From Spongospora subterranea f. sp. subterranea (Eukaryota), in contig JAUGWO010000059.1 in the NCBI GenBank assembly GCA_049724395.1, positions 186,001 to 250,000 on the forward strand: DNA of 64,000 bases, in the 5' to 3' direction. Positions within the stretch are counted from its first letter, which is position 1. The number at the start of each line of letters is the position of its first letter. The position numbers were made by a program, and so were the translations under genes. Below the pieces are notes generated by a model. The model was not told the DNA's origin. It worked only from the letters and a program-made list of their open reading frames with translations, and made no database searches. Positions 50,484 to 64,000 of this stretch are shown one piece after another.

Positions 50484-51439
50484 TCATCTCGGAACCAACG
50501 ACGACAATAAAGAATTTCACAGAGGGGTGCGGAAGTCCGCCTAATGCCGCGAATGACGCAGAACGTCCTATTAGCGCAATACGTGCGGACTGTTAGCAAC
50601 TACCGTAGGGCGGTTCCTTACTGTAGAGCCTGTGGCCTTCAACGATGATCGGAAGTTGAATACTCCTAAACACAATGTGCGCAAAGCGGAAAATAGAGAA
50701 ATAATAATTCACCACCTTACTCCAATGGAGTTTCAGAGCGTGAGTGTCTTTGTGTCCACGCGTGCCCCAGTGGGCTAACTTAATTAAAGTACACTGTTTT
50801 GTTACACCCGGCTCGCAGTAGAGTAGTGGATTCTCACGGCGCGCCCTCCTTCACTTCAATTTAGAAGACCCGCGTTGGTGAATAATTCTTGATCCTCAAA
50901 ACGGGCTCCACCTGTTCACTGAATCCACTTATCAGCGGTGAACAGCCATCTTTTATCCCCTGATATAATTGTTCAACATGCACGCGAGTTCGCTCTTGCA
51001 AACGGGTTTGTGGTTGGATTAATAATTCGCATCATTTTCTAGGTAAAATATTTCAAAAAATTGATTCCATCTACCATTGTGGACTGTCTAGGTAAAATAT
51101 TTTGTCTTTGGGTTTTTTTTCGGCGAGTCCGAGAGCCTAAAAAAAAGATCTTTCAACTTTAGGCACTGGAATCACAAAATCGGTATTTTTTATCGTTTTG
51201 ACGAAGCATGAACCATCGATGAATATTTCATTCTCAAAAGAGGGGAAAAAGTGATCAGATCTCTGCACAAGCATAAGCGCCAACGAAAGCTTAACAGAAT
51301 ATTCAATCATTGCAGTTGTTTTGCTTTGATTCAAATCATAGTAGGAAGACAATTTGATTAGAAGGCGATCGTCAGATTTTTTAGGCCAAAAGGATCTGGC
51401 AGATTCATTTTGGTGTCCCAGTTTTTGTGCCAGTAACCA

Positions 51440-52235
51440 TGGGAATATGGAAGTTTTGCTGACGAATGAGATCGCTGAAGCATTCCCAGAAATCACAGCT
51501 TTCGGATTAGTTGGCTCAACCATTGCAACTCTCAACTTGATAAAGCCAGGAAAAAACGCAGATGGATATTGGGACCAACAGGGATCTTGTGGAGCAGACG
51601 AAGTTAGCGCTGATTGTCTTTCGGGTGCTTTATCCTAATTCCAAGCCAGCTTTCGCTTTCGATAACTCCCAAAATTATCGAGGCTGATGGGCTTGTTGCT
51701 TCAAGGTTAAATCTGTCCGATGGTGGAAAGAATGTAGCTCCTGTGAGGTAAGGATGGTATGTTTCCAATGGAGAACGGGTTACTCAAGACATTTAGTTTA
51801 CCGGTGAGTCGGGTCATGCAATCAACGGCCTTGTCCAAAAAGGAATTCGTCAAATTCTTACCGAAAGGTGCCCTTGGCCCACTTCTGGGATGAGCCTGAA
51901 CGATGCGCGTTAACTGCTGTCGAGCCAACCCGGTTTCTCGTCGCAAAAAGACTGGTAAAAGAGGCAGTGTCAAGCGGAGGAGGCATTATCATTTTTTACC
52001 CCAAGTTTCACCCGAAGTTCAACTGGATCGAAATGTTTTGGGGCGGAACGAAAAAGTACACTCGAAAGCACTGCACTTATTCGTTGAAAGTGACAACGAT
52101 TGCCACGATGAGAAGGTTTGCCAGAAAATCGTTCCGGTATATGGATGCTTATCGGGAGAAGAATGGGATATTTCTCAACCCGGCAAGTTGAATATGCTGT
52201 CACGAAATATCGCTCGCACAGGACTATTTCTCAAT
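51440..52235 (+). pseudogene. IS630/Tc1-like DDE transposase fragment (PKFH family)
   Basis: IKPGKNADGYW; FAFDNS; RLNLSDGGK; FYPKFHPKFNWIEMFWGGTKKYTRKHC; FRYMDAYR. Confidence 0.8.
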
Positions 52236-52434
52236 CAGAGTGGGTTTGAAATTGTCCAAGGTGACGCAAGTGAGACGGTTTGCCAGATTGCGCCCGGAAT
52301 AATTCGATCTGGAATTTTCTTGTAAATGCGATTGCAGTCATTAAACCTGGGTTTGTGAAAAATGTGACCGAGTTTTTTTCAAAATCTGAACCATTCTGCG
52401 CATTTTATACACAATCTCACAATCGCTTGTAATT

Positions 52435-53410
52435 ATGCCACGACTGAACAAGCGCGCCGTTGCCGCTAAGGACGCGAGAGATGTGACGGCCATGAAGCGT
52501 GCTATCTCATCAACCATTTCGACGATTACAGCTGATGCGGGTGTCCCCGTTCAGCTGTCTGATAAGGACCTATCTGATCACAAAGACCAACCAGACAACG
52601 AATCGCCTTGGGAAGAAGACGTCGGCTCGTCTGAGTACTGGTCGGACAGCGAATCCGATCAAAATCAACCTGTGTCATCTGCGCCGGTGCATGCTTTTCC
52701 ATCGGGCGCATATAAACGTCGCCGACGATACGATGGAACTAACCAAAGAACAAGGTACAGGAAAATGAAAGCATCAGGAAAACTCTTCCAAAATAATTAC
52801 AGCATTTTGGACTCTTTACAACGGAATTCTGAATCAGCAATGGCCACACCCTCGAATGAGGACATAAGGCTGCCGTCTGCCGACGGCGACATGGCCACCC
52901 CTTGTTTGGAGATGAGTATTTTGACGAGATCCTGGGTGCTGGTGTTGTACCTTCATCAGGTACATCGGAATATGGTTGCATTATATTTACCGAGGAGGAC
53001 GAGAAACTTCTGAAGGACTCGATCAAGCAGAGGCAGAATTTGGCAACTCAAGGGTAGTTGAATTAGAGTTACACTCTATCTTTTACAATTCATCCTAATT
53101 GGGCGATGAAGGTGAATGCATTGTCATGGTCAGGGCAATCGAGCACTTTTTTACGACAGCACGTGGGAAAACAGATGAGCATCAGCAAGGCTTCATCGTT
53201 GACCACTGTTAACATCTTGAACACGAGTAGCTTATATCGGGCACGCAAGGTTCGGGAGAACGGTGGCCTGACAGGGCGATTGGCTGGTTTCGCAACGCGT
53301 AAGTATCGATCACATCGACGTCTCCCCGACTCGATTTCCGTCGATGAACTGCGTTTGGAGTTTGAGGAGAAGAACGAGCGTCGTGTTGCACGATTAGCGT
53401 CTACATAAAG
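52435..53410 (+). pseudogene. Internally deleted copy of a PKFH-family transposase (N-terminus joined to C-terminal tip)
   Basis: YDGTNQRTRYRK and SLYRARKVRE N-terminal motifs followed directly by KYRSHRRLP. Confidence 0.5.
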
Positions 53411-56039
53411 TTCAAAACTGTTCTTGAACTCCGACAAATCCGCTTCCAATCACATTACGAAATGCCCACGCTCAACAATCGGCGACTTTATTGCAGTGCA
53501 AACTTCCCCATGTTATATCTTTGAAAGTAAAGCTGTTCAGAAGTCGGTTTTTGGCTCATTGGAACCGGCTCGTCGAGATCTTTCATTTGGTGTATTTTTT
53601 TTCTTTATGTACCCTTTTTTACCATAGTGCCAATTTTGAAAAACGGCTGTTTTTCACATCGCTACTCCATCATGGATTTTGTCCGTTGGCGAAAAAAAAC
53701 TTGTCGAATTGTTTCTATTTGATAAGGGCTAACGACCTCCAGCCTCGAATGTTGGGCAATCTGTATATCGAAATCCATGAAACCCGTGCCGCGCACCATA
53801 CATTATCCGAGAACGGACGAGTCTCGGCTGCAACCCCACACTGTATAGGAGTATTAATAGCACAGACAAGCCGACGGAATTGAAAGGATCAAAAAGTGCG
53901 AAATCACCAGTGGGGCCCCGTTTAAACGACTGGATCAAAAGAATTCGATTCAATCAAAGGACCCGTCATTCAATGACTGGTGGAAGCCGGCTCCTCAGCT
54001 CGTGCTTCCTTCGCGCGTTGCTGAAGTCGGATGCGCAGCGAGGCTTGCAGTACCGACATCAACTGAGAATATCGCTTACACAAGTTAACCAATTGGAGAA
54101 ACTCTGCCGGAACGTGGATATCTTGACAGCTTCCATGCCGTTGTCAACAACTCCATGAATTGGTTGATATTACAGTCGACTTTTTAAAAAATTTGTCATT
54201 TACACGGTTTTTTTGGACAAGCATTTGACCTTTTTGTGTGCCCCGATTGTAGGCAAGTGTTTTTGCGTCCTTTCGCAGCGAGTGCTGTGTTTGCCTTCTC
54301 ATCATCTTTGACAATGGCAACGGAATGGTCAATGTTATCCACCTTGATGTGGCAGAATCAACAATAGCGATGCTAATCAGAATACACAACAAGATTACCA
54401 GCTGTTCCCTCTTTGAGAGTGTAGAAGACGATCCTTGACAGCTTGCATTACTCCTCAAGATTCAGGGAGTGAAATCATGCTCGCCCGTTGTTAACTAGAT
54501 CGTTATACACAGAAAACCCACTCAAAGGAACGACATTTGTTCGAATAATGGCATAGAAATGACAGCCCCATTCCTTCGTTGAATATATGCGGCCCATTAA
54601 CTGCCAATAACGACCGTTTACCGTCATGACTTCATGACATCGGAGTTCGTCGTCGAATGGATATCATTCTTGGGAGGTATGGCGGCGACAGTACTACCGA
54701 GTATGCATCGACTTGTTCTCATCGCAACAATGAGCTAATCGCTTCAGGGATTTTGATGACATTTCCGAAGCCGATGCCACTTCTGTTGTCGATGACTGTA
54801 GTTTTGAAGCTGTCGGGACGATTTTCGGGGTACGTTCTAATATCCTTTTTTGAACTGATTCCTTTTACTGAGTTGGAAACCTTGCCAGCTATCTTTGACC
54901 ATGATGTTTTCAAGCATCGTTTCCGATTAGTTGATACAATGCTCGCGGAAGTCGCCTCTTGTGCTCTGTCTAAAGGGGTTACGATGGGAAAAAATCCCAG
55001 GAATATGAATTTCGACTTCTTAGACAAGGTATTTGGCTACATGTCCATTTTCTAAAGGTATTTCATCATGTCGGTAGTCAGATAATCACTTAACCGTCAT
55101 GGCTTTTTAAGAGCCGTTGCAAACAGAAAAAAATCATACAGAGCAGTCGCTACATTTCGGTTTGTCAGGCCTTTGCTTCAGAACAACTAAGGCTGACTGC
55201 CTCCTCATTGACTCAATGCCGACATCGGTCCTGGAGCTAATGAGAATGGCGCAAGCAACTGCTTGAAATCTTGAGCAATGTGGAGCACAACGCGGACCCA
55301 GAAATTGGGTCGCCATGTTTGCGATGTTAATCGGCATTGGAACAATTTCCAGGTTTGAGCGAGATCATGTCGCCAGTCTTTGGTTCTGATTTCCGTACAG
55401 GCAGATTTTTGAAACAATCCTATCCCTGCAGCAATGGTACATTCAGCCGTATATTCCTGCAAGCACCGACTATGAAGCGTCCTCGTCGTTGGGCGACCTG
55501 GACGCTGAAATGGAAGCGCTAAATGCGGAGATGCATGTTCTTCTGGGATATGGTGATAACTTGTATTCACCTGAAGAAGTTTGTCTTGGAAAGCAAGTAC
55601 CTCGGAAATATGCCCGTTTTACAGGCAATTTCATAAATAAGCGGTGGATGACGAAATCGGTCAACAATGTTCATTAAATTGCCTAAGTTCAATATGCTCT
55701 GTCGGTTCGGGCACTATATCTGGGTTTTCTGTGATCATTATTCTCGTGAATTGCTTTGAAAAACCTACACGACTTCCAGCTCAAGTAAATGCAATCGCTC
55801 GTAAAACGGGTATATTGCCGGAGACTTTATTTTCCAAGAAATACTTGGTTTGGTGAATGCACGTTATAACAATATCCCACGAGGGAAGGCATCACCTCGT
55901 TCAGCGCCTTCATTTCATCAACGGAGCCGCCCATGAACGATGCGGAAGCTTCAGAGTCGGTGTCTGCCAGCAGAGTCTGGCTTAACATTTGCATAAGTCA
56001 CTGGAAAATTCGTTGCTTGCTGGTAGATACTCAGAAATG

Positions 56040-57030
56040 AGTCCTGAATGTGCCATCGAACACTCAGAAATCTGGGCACCGAAAAGGGAGGGCGCGCTCC
56101 CTTCTCCAGGTAAGAAGTCTTGCACTGACGTGATCCGGGCCTCGTGGGATGAAGAGAAGGATGAATTCGTAGTTTCACAGCTACAGATTCAAATTCGATT
56201 GGGGTAAGCGAGCGGATTCAGGCTTGGAGGTCAGTAACCACACCCTTCAACGAGCGGTTCGCCGTTGTTTACTTGCAGGCACAACTGAAGTCGCGGCTCG
56301 ATACAGTACGAAAAGGATGAGTTTTGTGAGTTGCGTTGACATATATTAATTGCTGCGATTCAATTTATAGTTGAGAAGAATTCAAAGAGTTTAAATATTT
56401 GAAAGACAATTCCGGGTTCGGCTGGGATGACATTTTAGGGCTGCCAACGGCTCCGGATGATGCGGTTATTGAGGAATGATTGAGCTCAATGCCCTACTCC
56501 ACGTTTCTGACAAAAAACCTTCGACTTCCTTTCAGACTAACAACAAATTCACCGGAAATTCCAAACGGCGCGTTTCCATTGTTCGAGCAATTTTCCTGCC
56601 TGTTGGACGGCGCCCAGACGACTGGAAATTTGTGCCTTGGGACCGCCAATAACTGGCGGCGGACGCTCGTTTATGTGGGAAGAAAGAGATGAGGGTGTAT
56701 CCTTGTCGCCGCGGGGAGAGAAAACCGATGCAGCTGACGAAGAAAATTGTTCAGGCGCATCTGGTACGGCCCGGAGAAAAGTCGTCTGACGTCACAACGA
56801 TCGGCAGGATTCGTTGTCGAAGTTGGTCGAATTGAAGATTGCCAAAACGAAAGACTCTAATCATGGTCCATTGACGCACGATGATCGTGTTGATATTTTG
56901 ATGGAGAACTACGATTACGATTACATGGACGGCGATGACTTGGCAACTCTAGCTGATGCCCATGGGAATGGTTGCAATGCGACAAGGTTCGAAACTCTTT
57001 GGCGTTTTAGAAAAACGATTTCCGATTTTG
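56040..57030 (+). pseudogene. Harbinger Myb/SANT partner gene remnant
   Basis: ASWDEEKDEFVV; LKDNSGFGWDDILGLPTAPDD; FPLFEQFSCLLDG. Confidence 0.7.
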
Positions 57031-57074
57031 ATGTCATCTCCAGAGTAGCCAATCACTTCGCAAGTCAAGATTGG

Positions 57075-58010
57075 TAACTCGCTCTGTTCTCTCTTCCCAA
57101 GTTTTGTGATCACTGAATGCTTCCAGCTCGTTATCGATTGCCTGCAGCCAATGCGTCTTTCGCTCTCCGTTCATTGCCTCTTCGTAAGATTGAGGTTCGT
57201 ATGTGTCCTGATTTGTCGCCGTCGCCATTCTTTGGCCAATTGTGGTGAACTAGATTTCCATATCTCTCAGGTTGATTGCGAGTCCTTCTCTCATTTGTTG
57301 ACATTCCTTTCATTAACCTCTCCCTTGTGATCGAATTCGTCACCATCAGAATTGACAACACCTTGCTTCCCAATGTCTTCGTCGTTATTATTGTCAGCAG
57401 CTTATCGTTATCATCCTTGCTACTCTCAGTTTCAGCTTCTTCCAGTTGGCAGTCTTCCTCTTGACCCTGATCTGGAACTTCGTCATCTTGCGAAAAAACA
57501 AATTTCTTGAGATCGGTTACCAAACCCGGTTTCATTAATGATCACATCCCGATGATCGGTGACCTTGCCAGCAAAATTGTCAAGTAAGCGATATCCCTTT
57601 TGGTTTGAGGAGTATCCTACAAACATATATTTCTTGGACTTCGCTTCCGCCTTTGTCCTGTGGGTTTCTTGGAATATGAGCTTATGCGTCACCTTCGAAA
57701 ATATGAACGGTCGGGCACCGATTGCTTTAACCGCTCGTGAGGGGTTGGTGGACGTGTCTGCAGGATGTGGACATAGATTCCAGATATGTGTTGCCGTGAG
57801 GATGGCGAGCCCATAAACCGTCTAGGCAGCATCACCGTTTGTATCATCGCTCGAGCTGAGTCCATGATGATACGATGTCCCCGCTCAGCTAGATCTTGTT
57901 CAGGAACATTCAAATGAAACTCTCTTCCTTCAGTCTTAAGAAAGCTAACAAACTCAGCAAATATACACTCGGCTGCGTTATCACCATGTAGGATCTTGAT
58001 TTTTCTTGTT
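57075..58010 (-). mobile_element. Ty1/Copia integrase-to-RT remnant
   Basis: KIKILHGDNAAE; AERGHRIIMDSARAMI; KYMFVGYSSNQKGYRLLD; EPQSYEEAM..HWLQAIDNELEAF..HKTWE. Confidence 0.88.
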
Positions 58011-58039
58011 CCGGAGGCGCTTCATTTTTACGTCAATGA

Positions 58040-59204
58040 GTCGTATTTGACTGCAAGTGGGTTCGGGCACGGTGTGCTTCAAAACGGCTCGACGATGGCT
58101 GCACGATCTGGGCTTCAAGCGCCATAACCGTAAAACTGGCGTTGATTACGACGGGCACGATCGTGAGGACGTTCAGAATTATTTGCACAAGGTGGACATA
58201 TTAGTGATGGGGGGGCCTCGAGCCACGTCGTCGCCTATATTTTGGTGATCAGAGATGGACAAGGTCATCGAGAGGGAAGACAGGTCCCGGCCTGAAATCC
58301 GCCTTGCTTTCCATTACGAACACATTTTCCATCAGAATGACATCGTCAAGCATCATTATGCGAAGGATGGCGATCAGGAGCTTCCGAGGAAAGGCGCAGG
58401 GCGATTTGGGCATGTTTCCGACTTCAGGACGGAAGAATTCGGCTTCCTTGATCGGCAAAAACATGCGGCCCCGAAAAAACTTGAAGCTTTACTCCAAGGT
58501 GGACTTTTCCCGAGCAACCTCAGATCGCGGGTCATTATCGACCCTGGCAAGAATTACGACGCCTGGTGGGACTGCGAACAGCTTTTGAAGCAGACGGAGC
58601 ATTTCCTTGATATTTTTTTTCAAAATCGTCCATACCAGCGATATCGTTAACATAGTATTCGATTGTTCATCCAGCCATCAGGCGTTTGCTACTGATGCCC
58701 TGGGCGGCTCTTGGATGAACATGAAACCAGGAGGAAAACAGCCGAAAATGAGAGAAACATCGTTCCGTCGAAGTCAGCGATCGTCATCTTGCAATCGATC
58801 AGCAACACATTGTTTCTCATTCCATGGTTTATCCACAAGTTGACCCAGTATATCCAGGAAAACCGAAAGGCATGCTGGCAGTTGCCCGCGAACGTGGATT
58901 AGTCGGCATGAACGAAGCGAAGGTTAAGTTGTGCATGTCGTGCAAGAAAAACACAGAGCGGGATCCTGATATTACCAACTGCTGTCTGTCAGGCATGTTG
59001 GCCGTCGAGCAGGATTTTTTCAACAGGAAATCCGCCTTGAAAAGACTCATCAGCAGGCCAGGTCATGTCTGCACTTTTTTACCGAAATTTCATTGTGAGC
59101 TGAACCCCATCGGTTGCGCATGGGGCCATTCGATGGTCGTTTGCCGGCGAGACTGTGATTACAGTTTGCCAAATCTCATGCAGCGAGTCCCCGCTGGCTC
59201 GTGA
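58040..59204 (+). pseudogene. IS630/Tc1-like DDE transposase (PKFHCELN family), frameshifted
   Basis: TARRWLHDLGF, YDGHDREDV, PGKNYDAWW, VFDCSSSH, MNMKPGGKQPKMR, FLPKFHCELNPI. Confidence 0.85.
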
Positions 59205-59277
59205 CTCGATTCCAATCGCCACGATCCCGCGGTGGTTCCGTCGGACACACCGATTGTTCGACGCTTACAAACGCGGT

Positions 59278-62200
59278 TTGGGATGAAGCGGTGAAGAAGC
59301 TTGCCGAGGCAGGAGCGCATTATCATCGATCGCAGCTGAAATCGCGGGCAGCAATTGTAAATTATCAATTGCAGCAGCAACCTTTGCCTGATCGCTCTTT
59401 TCTGTTGCAGTTGAAAAAAAAACACGATGTAGTGGCGAAGCTGAAGAACTTATCAGGTTTCGGATGGGACGATGTTTTGTTCAAAGCTCTTGCATCAGAT
59501 GATGTCTGGGAGGCATACATATTGGTAAATCACATATTTTATCTATTGAATGTTATTTCAATGTTAGGTGTAGGCTCATCCAGAAGCCAAAGAATTCCGG
59601 CATTCTGGTCTAGCCTGTTTCGACTTGCTAGACGAGCTGTTTAATGGAACTATTGCCTCGGGTCAACACGTAGCGACCAATCTGGATGTCTCGACAGGGT
59701 TTTTCAACTTTAACGAAAACTTTCCGGTACGCGAAGATAATCCTCCTGCCTCCAATTACAGCCGCCGTCCAGTTCTTGAAAATAGCTGCAGTTCATCCGA
59801 CAGCCCTGTCCTTGACATAGATTTCACTACGCCTTCCAACGTGAGATTCGGTCAGAAGGTTCAGCGTCTTTCTACTCCCAAGACTGTATCAGAGCAACGC
59901 TCGCATCCCTCTATTGAGCCGCGGATCCGCCAAACGGGTGCCAACGTTCTGGCCCAGGCAATCGATAAAATGACCAATATCGCAGAACGTGAGTTTCTCG
60001 CGAATTCACAGTCTTGACAACCCGCCTCGGAGCGTTCGATTGTCTTGCGTCAAGACCCACCGCTGTGCAACGATTTTACAGAAGAGGAGTTGCTGCAGGC
60101 ATTACACCAGAAGAATTTTCGACAACATCATCGCAATCAAAGTTGCCCTCTTGGCTATTAGCTTCTTGGTTGGCTTGTTGCTCCCAATAATCTCCCGCCC
60201 CTCCTTTTATTCGGATAAAATTATGGACACCACATAGTGAAATCACAAGATAAATCTGGAACGCCCGGGAGTATTCCATGGCGCTTGTTAGGACCGGAAA
60301 CCTGTTCTTCAAAATGCCGAAGATTCTCTCAATTACATTTCGTAACTCTGCGTGGCGAACGTTGAAAAGCTCTTTGGCATTCTGTCGCCTGATAACATTG
60401 CGAATCGATTTACTGAATTAGAAGATATCAGGCGCTTACTTCTGCGTGCCCTGAGCCCATTCTTTCAAGTGATATCGGACCCCAAGATATGCAGTCAATA
60501 ATGTTCTTGACAAACCATAGCCTGCGTCGCCCAGATCAAAGAGTTCAGTTCCAGAAGGTATTTTGAGTCCTTTGCTAAGACCATCCTGATAAACTTTGGC
60601 ATCCGCCGCTGTACCTTCCCATCCGGCCAACACGAAGGTAAAGAGAAGGTCAAAATTACAAGCAGCAAGGACGTTCTGTGTCACACCCTTTCTGCCTCGG
60701 CTTGACGCACATTCGCTTTGAGGCAAATATATAGGTAAATGTGTGCCATCCAGCGCCACACGACAGTATTGAAAGTATGGGAAATACTTTTCTGAAGAAC
60801 GTATTCTTCTGGGCGTCTGGCATGTATCCGCGTCTGGTAGGCGAATGAGCTTGGATGCTAAACGCTTTGGCACCTCACATCAATGGTCCATGCATCAAAG
60901 CGTTTAGGCAACTTTGATTGCGATGATGTTGTCGAAAATTCTTCTGGTGTAATGCCTGCAGCAACTCCTCTTCTGTAAAATCGTTGCACAGCGGTGGGTC
61001 TTGAAGCAAGACAATCAAACGCTCCGAGGCGGGTGCCAAGACATCCGCTGGGCGGTGTTGTGAATTCGCGAGAAACTTACGTTCTGCGATATTGGTCATT
61101 TTGTCGATTGCCTGGGCCAGAACGTTGGCACCCGTTTGGCGGATCCGCGGCTCAATAGAGGGATGCGAGCGTTGCTCTGATACAGTCTTGGGAGTAGAAC
61201 GACGCTGAACCTTCTGACCGAATCTCACGTTGGAAGGCGTAGTGAAATCTATGTCAAGGACAGGGCTGTCGGATGAACTGCAGCTATTTTCAAGAACTGG
61301 ACGGCGGCTGTAATTGGAGGCAGGAGGATTATCTTCGCGTACCGGAAAGTTTTCGATAAAGTTGAAAAACCCTGTCGAGACATCCAGATTGGTCGCTACG
61401 TGTTGACCCGAGGCAATAGTTCCATTAAACAGCTCGTCTAGCAAGTCGAAACAGGCTAGACCAGAATGCCGGAATTCTTTGGCTTCTGGATGAGCCTACA
61501 CCTAACATTGGAATAACATTCAATAGATAAAATATGTGATTTACCAATATGTATGCCTCCCAGACATCATCTGATGCAAGAGCTTTGAACAAAACATCGT
61601 CCCATCCGAAACCTGATAAGTTCTTCAGCTTCGCCACTACATCGTATTTTTTTTTCAACTGCAACAGAAAAGAGCGATCAGGCAAAGGTTGCTGCTGCAA
61701 TTGATAATTTACAATTGCTGCCCGCGATTTCAGCTGCGATCGATGATACTGCGCTCCTGCCTCGGCAAGCTTCTTCACCGCTTCATCCCAAGACTCCGTC
61801 TTGAAGCCGGAATCGGCTCGTTTTCCCAGAACGTTAGCCTGGTAAATCATTTCGGTGATCCAGATTCTGTCTTTCACAGAATCCCAGGTGGCGCGATTTG
61901 GATTCCCCATATCGGAAGCGGCAACGATTGTCACTACCACTGTACGAAGGATGAGGCTCTGACCCACGGACCAAAACATCCAATATCACGAAAATATTCA
62001 GCTCCGGACCAGGAGTATTTTTTATCATGATATTCAACGATATATCATGATATTTCCACGCAATATGTGGCATCCAGACGGGATATCCGGAACTGGTTAG
62101 AACATACCTTGTTATCGTCTCCCCAGAATGTTGAAACTGCTCCTGCATGTTGCGGCTGAATGCTCTCTGGCCGGAGAAGTAGAGAAATATGGCCAGCTGC

Positions 62201-62667
62201 GCTTCCACAGCGACACATTTGGTGTCAGAAAGTCCTATTTCCCTCAACTCCCTCACAAGAGCCTGGAACACCGGGAGAAACATTCGAAACATGTCGTTGA
62301 TTCTATGACTATTGCCATGAATTACTTCCTGCACCCATGCACGTCCAGTCCTTACGGACGTATGATAGGGCACTTTATACAAAAATCGGTCAGAATACCA
62401 CTTGGCAACACTGCCATGATTGCAATCTGCCTTCGCTTGGAGAGCACCAGACCACGAACGTGTTGTTTTTCCATTTGAAAAAGGCGCGCAAAAAAAATAT
62501 TGCGGTTGCCAGACGGGTCACCATAGTGTTCAATATCATGATAACTTCATATCACAATAAAGCACAGAACAGCAGATGCTTGATCTTCCTGAGCTGACAA
62601 AAATATTAAACAATAAGCAACATGGATTATTGCGATCATTTATTGCGCCGGCATCCAGACGAACCCC
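59278..62667. mobile_element. Rearranged PIF/Harbinger element containing an inverted duplicate of its own Myb half
   Basis: TIR GGCATCCAGACGAACCCC at 62650-62667 and a second TIR-like copy at 62069-62082; transposase (-) split into ~62475-62105 and 60873-60150; Myb gene at 61910-60880(-) and 59278-60147(+). Confidence 0.85.
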
Positions 62668-63235
62668 AAAAATAGACGCAATTTTACCATACTGTAGTCT
62701 CAAATTTCAATTTTTTAACGCCATTTTTGATATTGGCTCCGGGTAACGGAGAATCAGGGGTCGATTCCAGTTTTCAACGGGATTCCCGCACTGTATCAAG
62801 TTTGACCGGGGCTATGAATCAAACTTGACGCGCGTGGCGACAACTACATCGAGCCAGTAATTTATTCCTCAAATCTTACGATTCCCAGTTTCATGTTAAC
62901 AAGTGACACCTATTGGCAATCTTATGGCGGGACGTATTTTACCATCGATCGTTTCGAGCACTTTGCTTCTGGCGATGACGAAAAGGAAGCGGGAATCAGG
63001 GGTGAGGACGGTTATATACGACAATCGAATCGGAGCGTTGCCGAAGTCATACGAGTCAAGTTCGTCGGAGCTTCTGCCGTGCTTGAGAATCGATCTGGCT
63101 CAATACTATAGAATGGGGCGCGACGTGGGCTCTCCGGAACCGTCAAGTTTTGAATTAAACACTGATTAATCTCGACCTGATTTAGGCCGGGACGGTCGGA
63201 ATCACCAATTGGCGATCATCTGAATCGGGGAGACG

Positions 63236-64000
63236 ATGGGCTCCACCTTTGTCGAGATGAAGCCGGCTATGAACGGAATCAGGAACCAGCGAGGCGTCAC
63301 CTTATCGTGGCACGATTTGTCGTATTCAATCTCAGTGAAGACCGGCTCCAGTTCCAAGGATCAGGTTCAGTCGAGGATGCTGCTGAATAAGGTCTCAGGT
63401 GAAGTTTGTCCTGGGCAAATGGTCGCCATTTTGGGATCGTCCGGCGCCGGCAAAACCACGTTGCTGAACGTGTTGGCCGGGCGGATCGATAAAGGTGAAA
63501 TTTCTGGGAGTGTTTTAGCAAATGGAGAATCTCGGGTTGATCACACGTGGGCCAAGACCGTTGCCTTTGTTGAACAGGATGACCTGATGCGGTCCAACCT
63601 TACAGTGAGCGAGACGCTGATGTACGCGGCGATGCTGCGTCTTCCATCGTCGCTGGGAATCGACAAGAAACGGGCTCGGGTTGAAGAAATTATATCGCAG
63701 TTGGGCCTTAATAATTGTGGTCAGAACCATCAACGGTGTAATGTTTACTTTGTGTTCAATGTGGGACCAGCCAATACTCGAATCGGAAGCGTTGAAGGAA
63801 ATCGTGGCGTTTCTGGAGGAGAACGGAAACGAACCGCAATCGGTGAGGAGTTGGCTAGTGATCCCGACCTATTATTTCTCGATGAGGTAATCGATTTCGT
63901 TCAAGGAATCTTCCATGTGATTCTTATTGGGATCTCAGCCGACATCCGGTCTTGACGCGTTCACAGCCGTATCGGTGCTAGAAGTGGCCAAACGCCTCGC
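63236..64000 (+). CDS. ABC transporter, subfamily G (White-like), 5' part
   Basis: LSWHDLSYSI; Walker A GSSGAGKTT; FVEQDD; signature VSGGERKR; Walker B LLFLDE-intron-PTSGLDA. Confidence 0.93.

Noticed and set aside
53950..56030. Cys-containing broken frames, possibly a KDZ/CxC or other transposase
   Set aside because: Too degraded to assign by eye; needs a translated HMM search

Overview
Eukaryotic genomic DNA with many short (~50-60 nt) GT-AG introns and roughly balanced GC. The style resembles a plasmodiophorid or similar biotrophic protist, but that is inference only. A compact housekeeping block (about 31.6-43.9 kb) holds PEX22-like, a peroxisomal SDR ending in AKL, dynactin p27-like, PEX11, a CAP/PR-1 protein and CAND1. 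A USP48/UBP26-like gene sits at the left edge and an ABCG transporter at the right edge. Between these lie transposon-rich regions (PIF/Harbinger, pogo-like, Crypton, MULE, IS630/Tc1-like DDE, Copia, Gypsy) containing several candidate secreted effectors. Four observations stand out. (1) An inverted pair of genes encodes signal peptide + exon-duplicated DLNxxP (EAR-like) motifs + three Cys/His modules that have diverged between the copies. (2) A secreted protein is built from one-exon-one-repeat helical units. (3) A signal-peptide SET-domain gene lies between inverted CACTGGGGCAC-type ends. (4) At least four TE-derived fold-backs could yield hairpin RNA. All calls are by eye; exon boundaries are approximate.
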